From Fimicolochytrium jonesii (taxonomy: Eukaryota): a stretch of DNA of 64,000 nucleotides. This document shows, one piece after another, positions 1 to 10,583 of the stretch; within the stretch, counting starts at the first letter, position 1; the number at the start of each line of letters is the position of its first letter. The notes under the pieces were generated by a model that did not search any database, had not been told where the DNA came from, and was given only the letters and a program-made list of their open reading frames with translations. Made by a program: the position numbers and the translations under genes. The stretch is taken from assembly GCF_025526975.1 (NCBI RefSeq), contig NW_026515675.1, forward strand, positions 434,001 to 498,000. Direction: 5' to 3'.

Positions 1-2
1 AA

Positions 3-368
3 CAAGACCAGGATCCCCGGAACCAAGCCAACCCCTTCGCTTCAAGTGGCACGCCGACCTCCAACTGGCCAGCGAAGCGCGCCTTTCCCCCTGGTGCGGC
101 TGTTGCCCAGGCCGAAACAAAGAAGAGCCGCTTCGCCAATTGGCCGGCCGCGAAACTAGAACGGTTGACCCCTGAAGAGCGCGCCCGCTGCCTCCGAGAA
201 GGACTATGCCTAAGGTGCCGTCAACACGGGCACGTCGGATACCTCTGCCCCAACATGCCGCCGCGCCCAGTCGCTGTTCAGAACCTCGAAACCTCGGATG
301 TCCAAGACCACCACACGACCGAGGGCGATATGATCCATCCCGACCGCCAGATCCCGACGGGTTTTTAA
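3..368 (+). CDS. gag: Gag C-terminus with CCHC zinc knuckle (5' partial)
   Basis: Frame open from the window start; CLRCRQHGHVGYLC = CX2CX4HX4C; stop TAA 366-368. Confidence 0.92.
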   Translation, partial: QDQDPRNQANPFASSGTPTSNWPAKRAFPPGAAVAQAETKKSRFANWPAAKLERLTPEERARCLREGLCLRCRQHGHVGYLCPNMPPRPVAVQNLETSDVQDHHTTEGDMIHPDRQIPTGF

Positions 369-414
369 AGCGTCCCAGAGCGACGGCCACGCTCTCGGGA
401 CCTAACCTTGGTCG
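359..414 (+). promoter_or_regulatory. -1 programmed ribosomal frameshift signal (G GGU UUU heptamer, 6-nt spacer, stem-loop/pseudoknot)
   Basis: GGGTTTT 359-365 directly before the gag stop; stem 372-382/390-401; loop 384-389 complementary to 409-414. Confidence 0.85.
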
Positions 415-3400
415 ACCCCCTGATTCGATCCCTGTGGGAAGCGGCGAAGCAACCACACCTAAGAAACGACGCCGTGTTCATTTCTTCGCCGACACAACAC
501 AATTCCAAAAACCTACCACACTATCCACCGCAAATCGTACTCCCCTCAAACCCAGGAAGGACCCAGCTCCAGTACAACCGATCCTGCACACGAAACGTTC
601 CGTAGACCCTGCAGCATTCCGACATGCGCCTCTCCAATCCGTGTCCCTCCCTGTCTCCGACAGTGACCTTGATACCCCAATGGTGCTGAACTTGGCAAAA
701 CCTCTTTCCGTACTCCACGGTGACCACGACCCTAGCCCCATCGTCCACGATGGTGACCCCAGACCTAAGAGCCCGTCTCCAACGGTGACCCAGATACTCA
801 GCCCGTTGGCCGCAACGGTGACCCGCGATCCCAGACCCCCCCGGAAACCCCCCAAACCCAATTCGACACAGACCCCACACTCAAAACTGCCCACCGACGC
901 CACCGACCCCTCCCCGTTGTCCATTGCGAAAGACCCAAGCACATCGCAAGCTCTAGTCCACGTCCAACGAAAGCTGAAGGCCATCGGCGGCACGCTTGAC
1001 GCCCGACAGGAACAAGCCCTCCTAGCGGAGCTCTGCGTACACTCTCACCGATGTCAGCCCGGGCCTCTCGTGACCGACGCTAGGCTTACAGTCCAAGCCA
1101 CCATCCACGGCCACCACGCTACAGTCCTTCTCGATACCGGATGTTCCACCTACGTGATAAGCGATCAGTTCGTCCAACGCCATCGCCTCCGCCGCCGTGA
1201 ATCCCATATCCAACTCGAATACGCGGCACGGGACTCCCGGGGCTCCTCATCCTCATACACCGTCACAGATATCACTATCAACGACTACGCCGAAAAACTC
1301 CCCTGGATTGTGGCCAATATCCGATACGACGCCATCATCGGCCTTCCATGGTTCTTGGCCTTCAGCCCCGCCTTCATCACAACCGGACCTCGTGTCTCGC
1401 TCGCCATCACCGATCCCGACACAAATGCCCGCCACCTCTTGCCCACCGACGCCCTGAATGACCTACCGCGCCGGCGCAAACCCTTCACCAGACCCCGGCC
1501 CCCCTTAGTCGCCCCGCTCACGACCGACGGGCACGACTCCGGATACGAGTCCGACGAGGTTCCCCTTTCGCACCACCAGGCCCGCCGCATGCTCCGCAAG
1601 GGAGGAGTCGTAGTCGGCGCCATTACCGTGAAGCCCATCAAGGATCCCGACAAGACCGACTTCGTAAAGAATCTTGACACAGTCCCGCGACAAGTCAGGG
1701 ACATTGTCGCCAGTCATGAGGAAGTCTTCCGCATCAATGACCACGTCGTCCCCAACATCGAACACTCCATCCCGACCCAACCCGGCGCCAAACCCGCTTT
1801 CTCGCGCCTTCACCACATGGCACCGGCGGAGTTGGAGGAACTACAGCGCCGCATCACTATCCTGCTGCAGCGGGGGTGGATCAAGCCCTCCTCATCCCCC
1901 TGGGGAGCGGCCGTTCTGTTCGTAGCCAAGAAAGACGGGGGCCTCAGATTCTGTGTCGACTACCGGGCGCTCAACCGTGTAACCGTGCCCGATCGGACCC
2001 CGATTCCCCACCTCTCCGAGCTTCGCGACCGACTCTCGGGCGCCACCAAATTCACCACCATTGACATACTGGACGCCTACCACAAAATCGCCTTGCATCC
2101 GGCTGACATGCACAAGACCGCTTTCCGAACAAGATTTGGACACTTTGAGTGGACCGTCCTGCCCATGGGCCTCACCTCCGCGCCCGCGACATGGACCCGT
2201 TGCATGAACTCCATGTTCGCGGATCTCATCGACAAGGGCTTGATCATCTACATGGATGACCTGTTGATCTACACCCACGACGACGAAGAACATCGCAGAC
2301 TCCTCCGCATCGTCCTCTCAAGACTGGCCGCCAACGGGTTATCCGCAAAGCTCCCCAAATGCAAGTTCTTTCAGCCTTCCGCACTTTTCTGTGGATTCCT
2401 CGTTTCCAAGGAGGGCCTCGCTCTTGACCCCGCGAAAACTCAGGCAGTGCGCGACTGGCCCACTCCCATCGACCGCGCCGATCTGCGAGCATTTTTAGGC
2501 TTCACCAACTACTTGGCCGGCAACGTGCACAACTACGCAACCCGGGCCCTACCCCTGACCAACCTCCTCAGTAAGACCGTACCCTACGTGTGGACCGCCG
2601 ACGCCGCCGCGGCCTTCGCTGACCTCAAGACGGCGATCTCTACAAGCCCGGTGCTCCAGTGGTATGATGCGGCCCGCCCGATCTTCCTCCAGATCGACGC
2701 CAGCGGCTTTGCCCTTGGCGCGTGTCTGAGCCAACCACCGCCGGGGAAACACATCGACATCGTTCACGCTGACTGGAAGACGCTCCTCCCCGAGATGCGA
2801 CCTGTTGCTTACTGGAGCCGCAAGCTTCTCCCATACCAAACCCGATACGGCGTCCACGAACGGGAGCTCCTAGGACTCGTGGAAGCGATCAAGGCCCTCT
2901 CCCCATACCTCCGGGGGCAGCGCTTCTACGCCCTTACCGACCACAAAGCCCTGACGTGGCTAGAAACCCAACCGCACATATCCCGCCGACAAGCCGCGTG
3001 GATCGAAACGCTGCAAGAGTACGACGTCAAGATCCAATATGTCCCTGGCGAGGCCAACACGCTCGCAGATCTGCTGTCCCGACGCGCCGACTACGCACCT
3101 AAGTGCTCCAAGTGTTCAAATATTGCCGCAATCTCGACCATCGTGACCACATCCACCGACTTACACGACATCGTGCGTGCGGCGCTACCCAAAGACCCTC
3201 TCGCGCACAGCATACGCGCCGCCCTCCAGCGACCTATAACCGCCCAAAGTCAGAAGGAGCGACGCTACACCGATGAAGACGGCCTCCTCTTCTACGAACA
3301 CCGCCTATACGTACCAGATATCTCGCTCCGGCTACAACTGCTTCACGACGCTCATACCGCGGGCGCCGCCGGTCATCCCGGATGGTTTCGCACCTGGGAG

Positions 3401-4672
3401 AAACTGGTCCGACATTTCTACTGGCCACGAATGGAGCGCGCCGTAAAAGCCTACGTCAACGGATGCGACAGCTGTCTCCGCGCGAAGACCGGCCGACGTC
3501 GCCATGGACTACTCCAACCGCTACCCGTCCCAAACGCCCGTTGGTCGGATGTCACACTCGATTTCGCTTTCCTCCCCAAGGACGCCAAAGGCCGGGATCT
3601 TCTGATGATCGTAGTGGACCGCCTCACGAAACGGGTGCACTTGATTCCAACCCATCGCGAGGTCACGGCCGAGGAAATCGGAGAACTCTTCTGCGAACAC
3701 ATCATCAAATTGCACGGCATCCCATCCACTCTGGTAACCGACCGCGATACCAAGTTCACGGCCACCGTCTGGCGCACCATCTCCGAATACCTCGGCTTCG
3801 AGACAGCCATCGCGACCGCTGCCCATCAACAGACCGACGGACAGACAGAGCGGGCGATCCAGACGCTAAAGGACATGCTGGCAGCCACCCCCGATTTAAC
3901 CGGTCGAAACTGGTCAAGGTACCTCGCGGCCCTCGAATTCGCCTACAATGACTCCATCAACGCCTCCACCGGAATGACGCCATTCGAGGCAGATCTCGGC
4001 TATCACCCGCAAACACCGCGCAGCATAGGCACAGAGACCAATCAGCCCGCCGAACAGACAGTATGGGCCAGCCGGATGGGCGACATTGTTGTTCTCCTCA
4101 AAGAGCGGCTCCGCGAAGCCCAAGACCGATTCGCCGCTTACGCCGACGCTCGCCGAGTTCCCCAGGATTCCCGCCTCGGCCCCGGCACGCATGTACTAGT
4201 GCACCGCAATGCCATCACCGTCCCCGAATATCGCAACCTGCCGAACGCCAATCTCAAGATCCTACCCCAATTTCTCGGTCCGTACCCGGTTGTCAAGCTC
4301 GGCCCTCAACCCAATACATACGAGGTCAAACTACCCCCAATCCTCGCCCGACAACATCCGGTATTTCACTGCGATGTCCTACGACTCTACACCGCAGAGA
4401 AACCCCCACTGTACACAGTCAGCGCGGACGGCCACCCATATGCGGAGATCTTACGGGAACGCAAGACATACGGGAGGATGCTTTACCTCGCTCGCCGATC
4501 AGGAGAACCCCCACACACCGCAGATTGGGTACCCCTCCACGCCGTCGCCAAATCCGTTGCCTTCATCGCATACCAGAATAACTGGCCGACCCGTACTACT
4601 GTCCACCAGCACGACCCCCTTCCACCGACCCCCACCGCCGACGACCCATCCACCGCAAGCGACCAACAATGA
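359..4672 (+). CDS. pol: Pol polyprotein (aspartic protease, reverse transcriptase, RNase H, integrase, degenerate chromodomain), probably expressed as Gag-Pol by -1 frameshift
   Basis: LLDTGCS protease; LRFCVDYRALN and YMDD RT; IDASGFALGACL/ERELL RNase H; H..H..CDSC and DDE integrase; GPY motif; uninterrupted ORF 206..4672 in the -1 frame relative to gag. Confidence 0.96.
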   Translation, partial: GFLKRPRATATLSGPNLGRPPDSIPVGSGEATTPKKRRRVHFFADTTQFQKPTTLSTANRTPLKPRKDPAPVQPILHTKRSVDPAAFRHAPLQSVSLPVSDSDLDTPMVLNLAKPLSVLHGDHDPSPIVHDGDPRPKSPSPTVTQILSPLAATVTRDPRPPRKPPKPNSTQTPHSKLPTDATDPSPLSIAKDPSTSQALVHVQRKLKAIGGTLDARQEQALLAELCVHSHRCQPGPLVTDARLTVQATIHGHHATVLLDTGCSTYVISDQFVQRHRLRRRESHIQLEYAARDSRGSSSSYTVTDITINDYAEKLPWIVANIRYDAIIGLPWFLAFSPAFITTGPRVSLAITDPDTNARHLLPTDALNDLPRRRKPFTRPRPPLVAPLTTDGHDSGYESDEVPLSHHQARRMLRKGGVVVGAITVKPIKDPDKTDFVKNLDTVPRQVRDIVASHEEVFRINDHVVPNIEHSIPTQPGAKPAFSRLHHMAPAELEELQRRITILLQRGWIKPSSSPWGAAVLFVAKKDGGLRFCVDYRALNRVTVPDRTPIPHLSELRDRLSGATKFTTIDILDAYHKIALHPADMHKTAFRTRFGHFEWTVLPMGLTSAPATWTRCMNSMFADLIDKGLIIYMDDLLIYTHDDEEHRRLLRIVLSRLAANGLSAKLPKCKFFQPSALFCGFLVSKEGLALDPAKTQAVRDWPTPIDRADLRAFLGFTNYLAGNVHNYATRALPLTNLLSKTVPYVWTADAAAAFADLKTAISTSPVLQWYDAARPIFLQIDASGFALGACLSQPPPGKHIDIVHADWKTLLPEMRPVAYWSRKLLPYQTRYGVHERELLGLVEAIKALSPYLRGQRFYALTDHKALTWLETQPHISRRQAAWIETLQEYDVKIQYVPGEANTLADLLSRRADYAPKCSKCSNIAAISTIVTTSTDLHDIVRAALPKDPLAHSIRAALQRPITAQSQKERRYTDEDGLLFYEHRLYVPDISLRLQLLHDAHTAGAAGHPGWFRTWEKLVRHFYWPRMERAVKAYVNGCDSCLRAKTGRRRHGLLQPLPVPNARWSDVTLDFAFLPKDAKGRDLLMIVVDRLTKRVHLIPTHREVTAEEIGELFCEHIIKLHGIPSTLVTDRDTKFTATVWRTISEYLGFETAIATAAHQQTDGQTERAIQTLKDMLAATPDLTGRNWSRYLAALEFAYNDSINASTGMTPFEADLGYHPQTPRSIGTETNQPAEQTVWASRMGDIVVLLKERLREAQDRFAAYADARRVPQDSRLGPGTHVLVHRNAITVPEYRNLPNANLKILPQFLGPYPVVKLGPQPNTYEVKLPPILARQHPVFHCDVLRLYTAEKPPLYTVSADGHPYAEILRERKTYGRMLYLARRSGEPPHTADWVPLHAVAKSVAFIAYQNNWPTRTTVHQHDPLPPTPTADDPSTASDQQ

Positions 4673-4821
4673 GACACCGGTCCTCTGCCGTCCCCACTTC
4701 CTCGGAAGTTTAGGCATCACCACCGTCACCCCGCGACGACAACCACCGAATCCTTCCTCCCCATTCCCATCCCATCCCCATCCCCGTCTTCTATGCTTCT
4801 CTGTAAAACTCTTCGAGTTTT

Positions 4822-4829
4822 AAGGGGGG
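4822..4829 (+). other. Polypurine tract (plus-strand primer)
   Basis: AAGGGGGG preceded by a T-run and directly abutting the LTR TG. Confidence 0.8.
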
Positions 4830-5012
4830 TGTGAGAGAAGCATCCCATCATCCCATCCCCATCCCATGCGTCCACGTGACCCTACTACAGTTTATTGTTT
4901 CCTTCCCTACATGTCGGAGTACGCTGGACCTTGTTCTTCTCTTTTTAGTCTTCATCCTGAATGGAGCTTGATAAACGTTGACAATAGATACATCATAGAG
5001 CTTTCTCTTACA
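4830..5012 (+). repeat. 3' LTR (~183 bp)
   Basis: Begins TGTGAGAGAA, ends TTCTCTTACA (9/10 terminal inverted repeat), follows the PPT; the 5' LTR is not in the window for confirmation. Confidence 0.78.
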
Positions 5013-5239
5013 CCGGAGCGGAGTTTGCCACTCGACGTCAAACGCCTGTGTTTCAGGCTTTCAGCCGATGCACGAGGGCACGCTCCCCTCTTGCCAAGAA
5101 GCAGCAGAAGTTACTGGTACTGTATGTACTGCATATGTAGCTTCTTCAAAACTCCTCCAGAGATCCATCGACCTTGTCCTGGTGTTGTCCCGACTTTTGG
5201 CCCAACCCAACGAAACCCTGCGCGGTAAATAGACTGGGA

Positions 5240-6667
5240 ATGACCAACGGCGCTCGGGTCCATTTCCAAACAAAAACGTCCGCTGCCAAGTCCACCTCTC
5301 TAGCAGGACGAAGCCTTCAACCAGCAGCTGATGATGAGGGTTTTATAAGCGACTCGGAACTACAAGCCGACGTTAGCGGCCTCGTCTTTGTTTCCGACGA
5401 ACAAGAAAATGCGGAAGACAGTGACTGGATGCGGTCGGTGCGAGACTCGTCGGCGTGGCTAGGGGAGCGACCTGAGTCTTACTACCCGAAAGACCCTCGC
5501 TTACCGTGGCATACCTGCTGGATTGACGATCATTGGATAGGCGGTTCCTCGGCGCCCGTGGAACGACAACACTACCCGGCTTTGCTAGAAGCAGGTGTGG
5601 GCTTGATTGTAAACTTAACAGAGTGCGCTGTGATTCCCAGCCCAGAGGGCACCGTCGAGGGCTCGATGCAATGTAGTAGCTGCAAACATGTTGCGGACGT
5701 ACTCTCACCTGACTTGTTCGACGACATTCAACCCACGGACACCTTGGAAGTGTTGCACTTGCCCATGCCGGACGGATCCGTGCCTTCTGAAGAGCAACTC
5801 CGACTGTTTCTTACGCATGCTCAACGATTCATTCAGTCGGGGAAACGTGTCCTCGTCCACTGTCAGGCGGGAGTTGGCAGAACCGGCTGCATGCTGGCTG
5901 TGTATTTAATGGAAAAGTACTCCTGCACAGCGAAGAAAGCGTTGGAGCAGCTGAGATGGATACGACCGCAGAGCCTCCGGTGGCACCCGAAGGAGTGGGC
6001 GCTTGAGCCTTTTCGTCTGCATCACCACAACTCCTACGATCGGAACCTGTTGCAAGAGAGGTTCTTATGGCGGTACTGGAGGAGGCACATCGAAGGCCGC
6101 GAAGGAACACGGAACCCCGAAGACGTTCATCCGAATCGGATGTATTACGAGAGGAGCCAACCAATTTCATGCACGGCGGCATTTCCGATTCCGATTGAAA
6201 GTTTTGCGCATGTGTATCTGCCTGTGTCAGAAAGACCCATTACACCTATCGACCATTGGCCCATATCATCCTCGTTGACAGAGTCGCGGACCCCAACACC
6301 TTCCCCAACACCACCCTTTGTGGATTCGTCGTCGTCGGCGCTCTCAGTCCTAGATGGCATGGAAGGGTCCTCCAGCCGAACCGCCCGTTCAGACCCGATC
6401 GACTTTGATGGCGCCTTGCTCAAAACTTTACTAGACGCCGAATTGGACTCGCGAATGGCTGCCTTCGAAGCGAGATCTGTTTACCGAGAGATTCAAGAAG
6501 CGGAAGCGGAAGCGGAAGACACATCGGCATATTTGTGTTTTCCCTGTAGAGGAATCACTTCAGTTGGTCCCGCGCGCATAGGGCCACGCTCTATTGCTGG
6601 TGATAGCATCGAAGTCGATCTCGGCGACCTATTATATACGAAATCTCAGCTGGATTTGTCATTGTAA
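5240..6667 (+). CDS. Dual-specificity/tyrosine protein phosphatase (CDC14/DUSP23/PTPDC1-like catalytic domain)
   Basis: VLVHCQAGVGRTG CX5R motif; HLPMPDGSVP acid loop; intronless; first ATG at 5240. Confidence 0.9.
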   Translation: MTNGARVHFQTKTSAAKSTSLAGRSLQPAADDEGFISDSELQADVSGLVFVSDEQENAEDSDWMRSVRDSSAWLGERPESYYPKDPRLPWHTCWIDDHWIGGSSAPVERQHYPALLEAGVGLIVNLTECAVIPSPEGTVEGSMQCSSCKHVADVLSPDLFDDIQPTDTLEVLHLPMPDGSVPSEEQLRLFLTHAQRFIQSGKRVLVHCQAGVGRTGCMLAVYLMEKYSCTAKKALEQLRWIRPQSLRWHPKEWALEPFRLHHHNSYDRNLLQERFLWRYWRRHIEGREGTRNPEDVHPNRMYYERSQPISCTAAFPIPIESFAHVYLPVSERPITPIDHWPISSSLTESRTPTPSPTPPFVDSSSSALSVLDGMEGSSSRTARSDPIDFDGALLKTLLDAELDSRMAAFEARSVYREIQEAEAEAEDTSAYLCFPCRGITSVGPARIGPRSIAGDSIEVDLGDLLYTKSQLDLSL

Positions 6668-7329
6668 CAAACCCGCTGAGGAGCGTGTAGTCATCTGACC
6701 ATATTCTGTACCTAGTTCTCACGCTTTGAGAGTTTTGGAGGTTGTGTGCAGTTCAGTTTTGGAGATCGGTAGATTATAGCGTAGAATCGTATACTAGTTA
6801 ACAGACGATCTATGTCCGCTGTTCAGATAATGTAGTATCGTAGAGGTTTGTTCTTTGATGTATCTTGGGCCTATTTTTGCTGAACACAATCAAGTTTTCT
6901 CGCAACCCAGTTTCAGATGTGTCGAGGTGCAGCTTTTGAAAATCCTTCAAGACGGACATACGCTACTCGATCGCTGACCTCGGGCCCTCCGGCGACGCGT
7001 GCTGCGACTGCCTGCTTCTGGCCTGCTTAGCTTGGCGGTAACCTGGGAGACACGTTCGGAATGGAGAGGCGTTCGAGGGGAAAAACTGCCGGGGGCGACG
7101 TTATTGAGCCAGTCATATGAATATTTTCCATGGACTGGCGAGCAGGCGCAGAGAGAAAGAGATGGTTCTATGAATGATTGCACTATTGACCAGTTGCAAA
7201 GTCTATGCGTCTATGATTCTATTTGAATGTGCCGACGTCCCAAGGATCTCAGACTACGCCGAGAACGCAGGCTGGAAAACGGCTACGGATATCGCACGTT
7301 CAATGTCATATCTCGTCCATCCAAAGTCC

Positions 7330-8955
7330 TCAAATGATTCCCACAACGTAAGCTGAAAACGGGTGAGAAAGAACCTTTTCAATAAGCATCGTGAAGAATG
7401 TCAGGCGGTGCCGCGCCGGGATGCCCTACCATTCCATGACTGGAGCTGCGGCAGTGAGCCTTCCACTCTTTCATAGCCATATGCCCCCGCGCCGAATTTC
7501 CTACGGGGCTCTGACTTTCCATCTTCAACCTCCTCATCGCTCGTCCCGTCCTCCCGTGTCTCGTTGTCCTGGTTCTCTTCCTCATCATCCTCATCTTGGT
7601 CCTCATCGTCAGCACACCGCAGTACCTCTCTCTCATTTGTGCTCTCCGCTAGCCAGACGTGCGTGGAGGCGAATCCGGCTTCGAGCATGGCTTCCCGCAT
7701 CTCGATGATGCTGTATGCGCGGAAATCGTAGGTGAAGGCGCTTTTGTGCCAAGACCCTACGTAGCCGGGAACCATGTTAAGCATAAACCCGCTTCATCTC
7801 CCATAGGACTGAGAGCATACCATCATTGAATCTGAAATGGAGCTGGTTCAAGGGAACAAATGAGCCCAATCGGAGACTATTGGGACTTCCCACACACACG
7901 AGGACAGAGGCGTACTATGAGACTCACATGAACTTTGGAAAGGTTCGTCATTAAATCAAACGGCTTCTGTTCGAAATAATACTATCCGAAGAGGGAGGCG
8001 TTCAATTCTCAGGACACCACATCCATCATGTGTACAAGGACTTACAGTGAAATCCTTATATTGTCTCTCGAAAAGCCGGCCCCCGGTTCCACAAACGGTC
8101 GCACCCCCAAACAAATCAACTATCAACGTGCCGCCCGGCGCCAAGCTACTTCGACTATTACGGAGATAGTGTATCAAGTCCGTCCTTTTCTGGAAATAAT
8201 CTACGCCGTAATTCAGAGCTGCAATGATATCGACCTTCGGTATCGCCAATGTCGCGGGGTCGGAAAGAACGTTGCCGACTGTCAGATTTACGCGCTCGCA
8301 TTCCGGGCCACCTTCCTGGCCGAGTGTGATTGTTTTGCTGTATTGGATAACGTCTGGGTCAAGGTCGACGCCCCAGGCCTCTCTCTCTGCGTTGCCCTTG
8401 CACCACTCCCGACAAAGAACACCTGTACCACAGAAATCTTCCCGAAGGGTGGTAGGATGGTGTCGTGCGGCTTTACTTTCTGATCTTAGCTCGGTGTAGA
8501 TGTTGATCAGGTTGTGCACTTCGGCGGTGGGGAGTTGGACCGAAGCCATCTGCGGGGAGAGTTGTTTGGTCCGCTGGGTGGCGGCGAGCCTACGGCGGCA
8601 GTTTGGCAGCGAGCTATGGCGCACTCACATAACAAGTATGACGGTCGATCGTCTCGCACATTGGGATACGTCCCGGGGCCCGAGTGCGTGCCAGCTTCTT
8701 CCGATCAGCCTGCTCCAACATACTGACTGTCACCCGTTCACCGTCCTGAAAGTTCGGAGAGGGCCCAACCCTGCTATCGGCCCGGCGACGACCGCCGGAC
8801 TTCCTTCCGCTCTTTCTGCTATCATTCTGCTTCCAGACGTCAGAAGAGTCCTCAGACGCACCGTCGAGATACGCGGCCTTGACCCAGCGGTCTCTCCCGC
8901 CACCGCCAGCCTTGTGATCATCATGGCCTTTCCGATGCTTGTCCTTCTTGCCCAT
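7330..8955 (-). CDS. Class I SAM-dependent methyltransferase, multi-exon
   Basis: LREDFCGTG motif I, WGVDLD, LAPGGTLIVDLFGG. Exons approx. 8955-8629, 8549-8046, 7981-7928, 7842-7821, 7756-~7430, 7352-7330 joined by GT-AG introns. Confidence 0.85.
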
Positions 8956-9393
8956 CGCTTTGGGATGAATTCCCAGGACGGATTTCTGGCCAAATTGCCA
9001 CAAAGTCTCATTACTAATTAGTTAGGTGACACTTATTTAATTTGGGGTTCCGTGTGACGTGTCGCCTTCGATAAGAGGCCACCCTTATGATAGCAAGAAG
9101 TCGGCTAAAAGTGGGGCGATCATCATATCGGGAACCGGACGTCAAATCTCCTGTTGCCAAATCCAGCCCCGTCTAGTCACGGAACAGTGGCCAGCCAGTC
9201 AGTCACTTGCGCGGTTTGCGGGCCGGGATCAGCAAAGTCAGCGACTCCCCCTTATCCGTCTGCCAAGGGATCTTCCTGCGGATGTCACTTGATGGAAAGC
9301 GCTCCTATAACTGCCGACTGGCAGGTGGCCCATTCTGCCACTTACAAAAGCACATTCCCACCTACTCAAATCCCAAGTTTCCCAGCACTAACT

Positions 9394-10276
9394 ATGCCAA
9401 TCTACGAACCAGTTCCTCAGGCTGAAGAGCCCGTTATTACCGCCGCCAGCTCGAGCTCTGCGCCAGCAGCTGCTCAACCCGTCACTGCTCGTGACGGTGT
9501 GTTTCAAAACCTGAAGCCCAAGACCGACCCTTCGCCCGCTCCCGTTGGAAAGGCTTATGAGGAAATCGAGCCGCCGTCCTATGCCGACGTTGCTCACGAC
9601 CGCGCACCAGCGTACTATGAGACCACGGTCATATCGAGCGGGATTCAGGACGATGGGGAGCTTCTCATCGATGGTGAGTCCGGTGGCACTTGTGGACACT
9701 TCAGCCGATACCTAGTTGTCTGACGGCCCCTCCTATTCTTCAGGCCTCCCTGTCGGTGACTTCCTATCATTCATCGTGAACATGCTTGTATCCATGTCCT
9801 TCGACTTCATTGGCTTTCTCTTGACCGCCATGCTGGCTACCTCGCACGCCGCTCGCGCCGGGTCACGGTGCGGTTTTGGAATCACACTCGTTCGTTATGG
9901 TGAGGACACAACGTCTCAACTCTCCTTCGTGGCGGAGCGCATTTCATTGACAGTCCCTACATCCAGGATTCTACATGAGGGCAAGAGAGGATGAGGTTCT
10001 AGACCAATATGACCAATATGACCCACAGGCATCCCCCGAGTCGATTGCGGAAGAAAAGGAGGAAACCCGGGCCGAAACGGAATGGATCTCATATCTGATG
10101 ATTGTTATGGGCTTCTTTATCTTCATGGTAAATGTCGGCCGTTTCATCTCAGCCCTCTTCTCCAATTAACTCATCTGACCGATATCTCGATTCCATAGCG
10201 AGCAAATGCTGAGTACGTGCGCGCAAAGAGGATGCAAGCCGTAATACTGGCCTCTTCCGAAGTTACCCAAGTTTAG
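9394..10276 (+). CDS. BSD2: BSD2/NDFIP-like Rsp5/Nedd4 adaptor membrane protein (DUF2370-type), multi-exon
   Basis: DGVFQNL, PPSY motif, IDG|LPVG, SFDFIGFLLT, SHAARAGSRCGFGITL, three TM segments. Confidence 0.8.
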
Positions 10277-10583
10277 ATTACGATGTTTTGTGAATCTTTT
10301 TGTTATATCCAAATTTTGATTGAATCAGTATCTGCTATCGTGAAACTCAACCTTGCACGTAGGCTCTGGAGAGAAACGGATTCCACGAAAATGTGAGATT
10401 GGTGATATTCTATCGCAACATGAGGAAACTGTGAACGGAACTATGAGGGAAAGTGATGCTATATGAAGTCTTCTACTGTACGCTACAATACGTCCTCTGA
10501 ACGCCGCATATTCTTATACTGTATGTGATCCCTCGATCGCCAAACCAATGTACGAGAATGTTTTCCCAGTGGTACTACTGAGA

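Larger units (their letters stand above)
1..5012 (+). mobile_element. Ty3/Gypsy LTR retrotransposon (chromovirus-like); 5' part lies outside the window
   Basis: gag zinc knuckle, pol domain order PR-RT-RNaseH-IN-chromodomain, PPT and TG...CA LTR; C-rich strand composition distinct from flanking genes. Confidence 0.97.

Noticed and set aside
206..358. ATG at 206 as the start of pol
   Set aside because: Overlaps the gag zinc knuckle in another frame; the slippery site and downstream structure explain pol expression better
3382..4823. Alternative-frame ORFs within pol (3382..3951, 4063..4581, 4209..4823) as env-like or extra genes
   Set aside because: Pro/Arg/Ser-rich shadows of C-rich codon usage; no TM segment or recognisable domain
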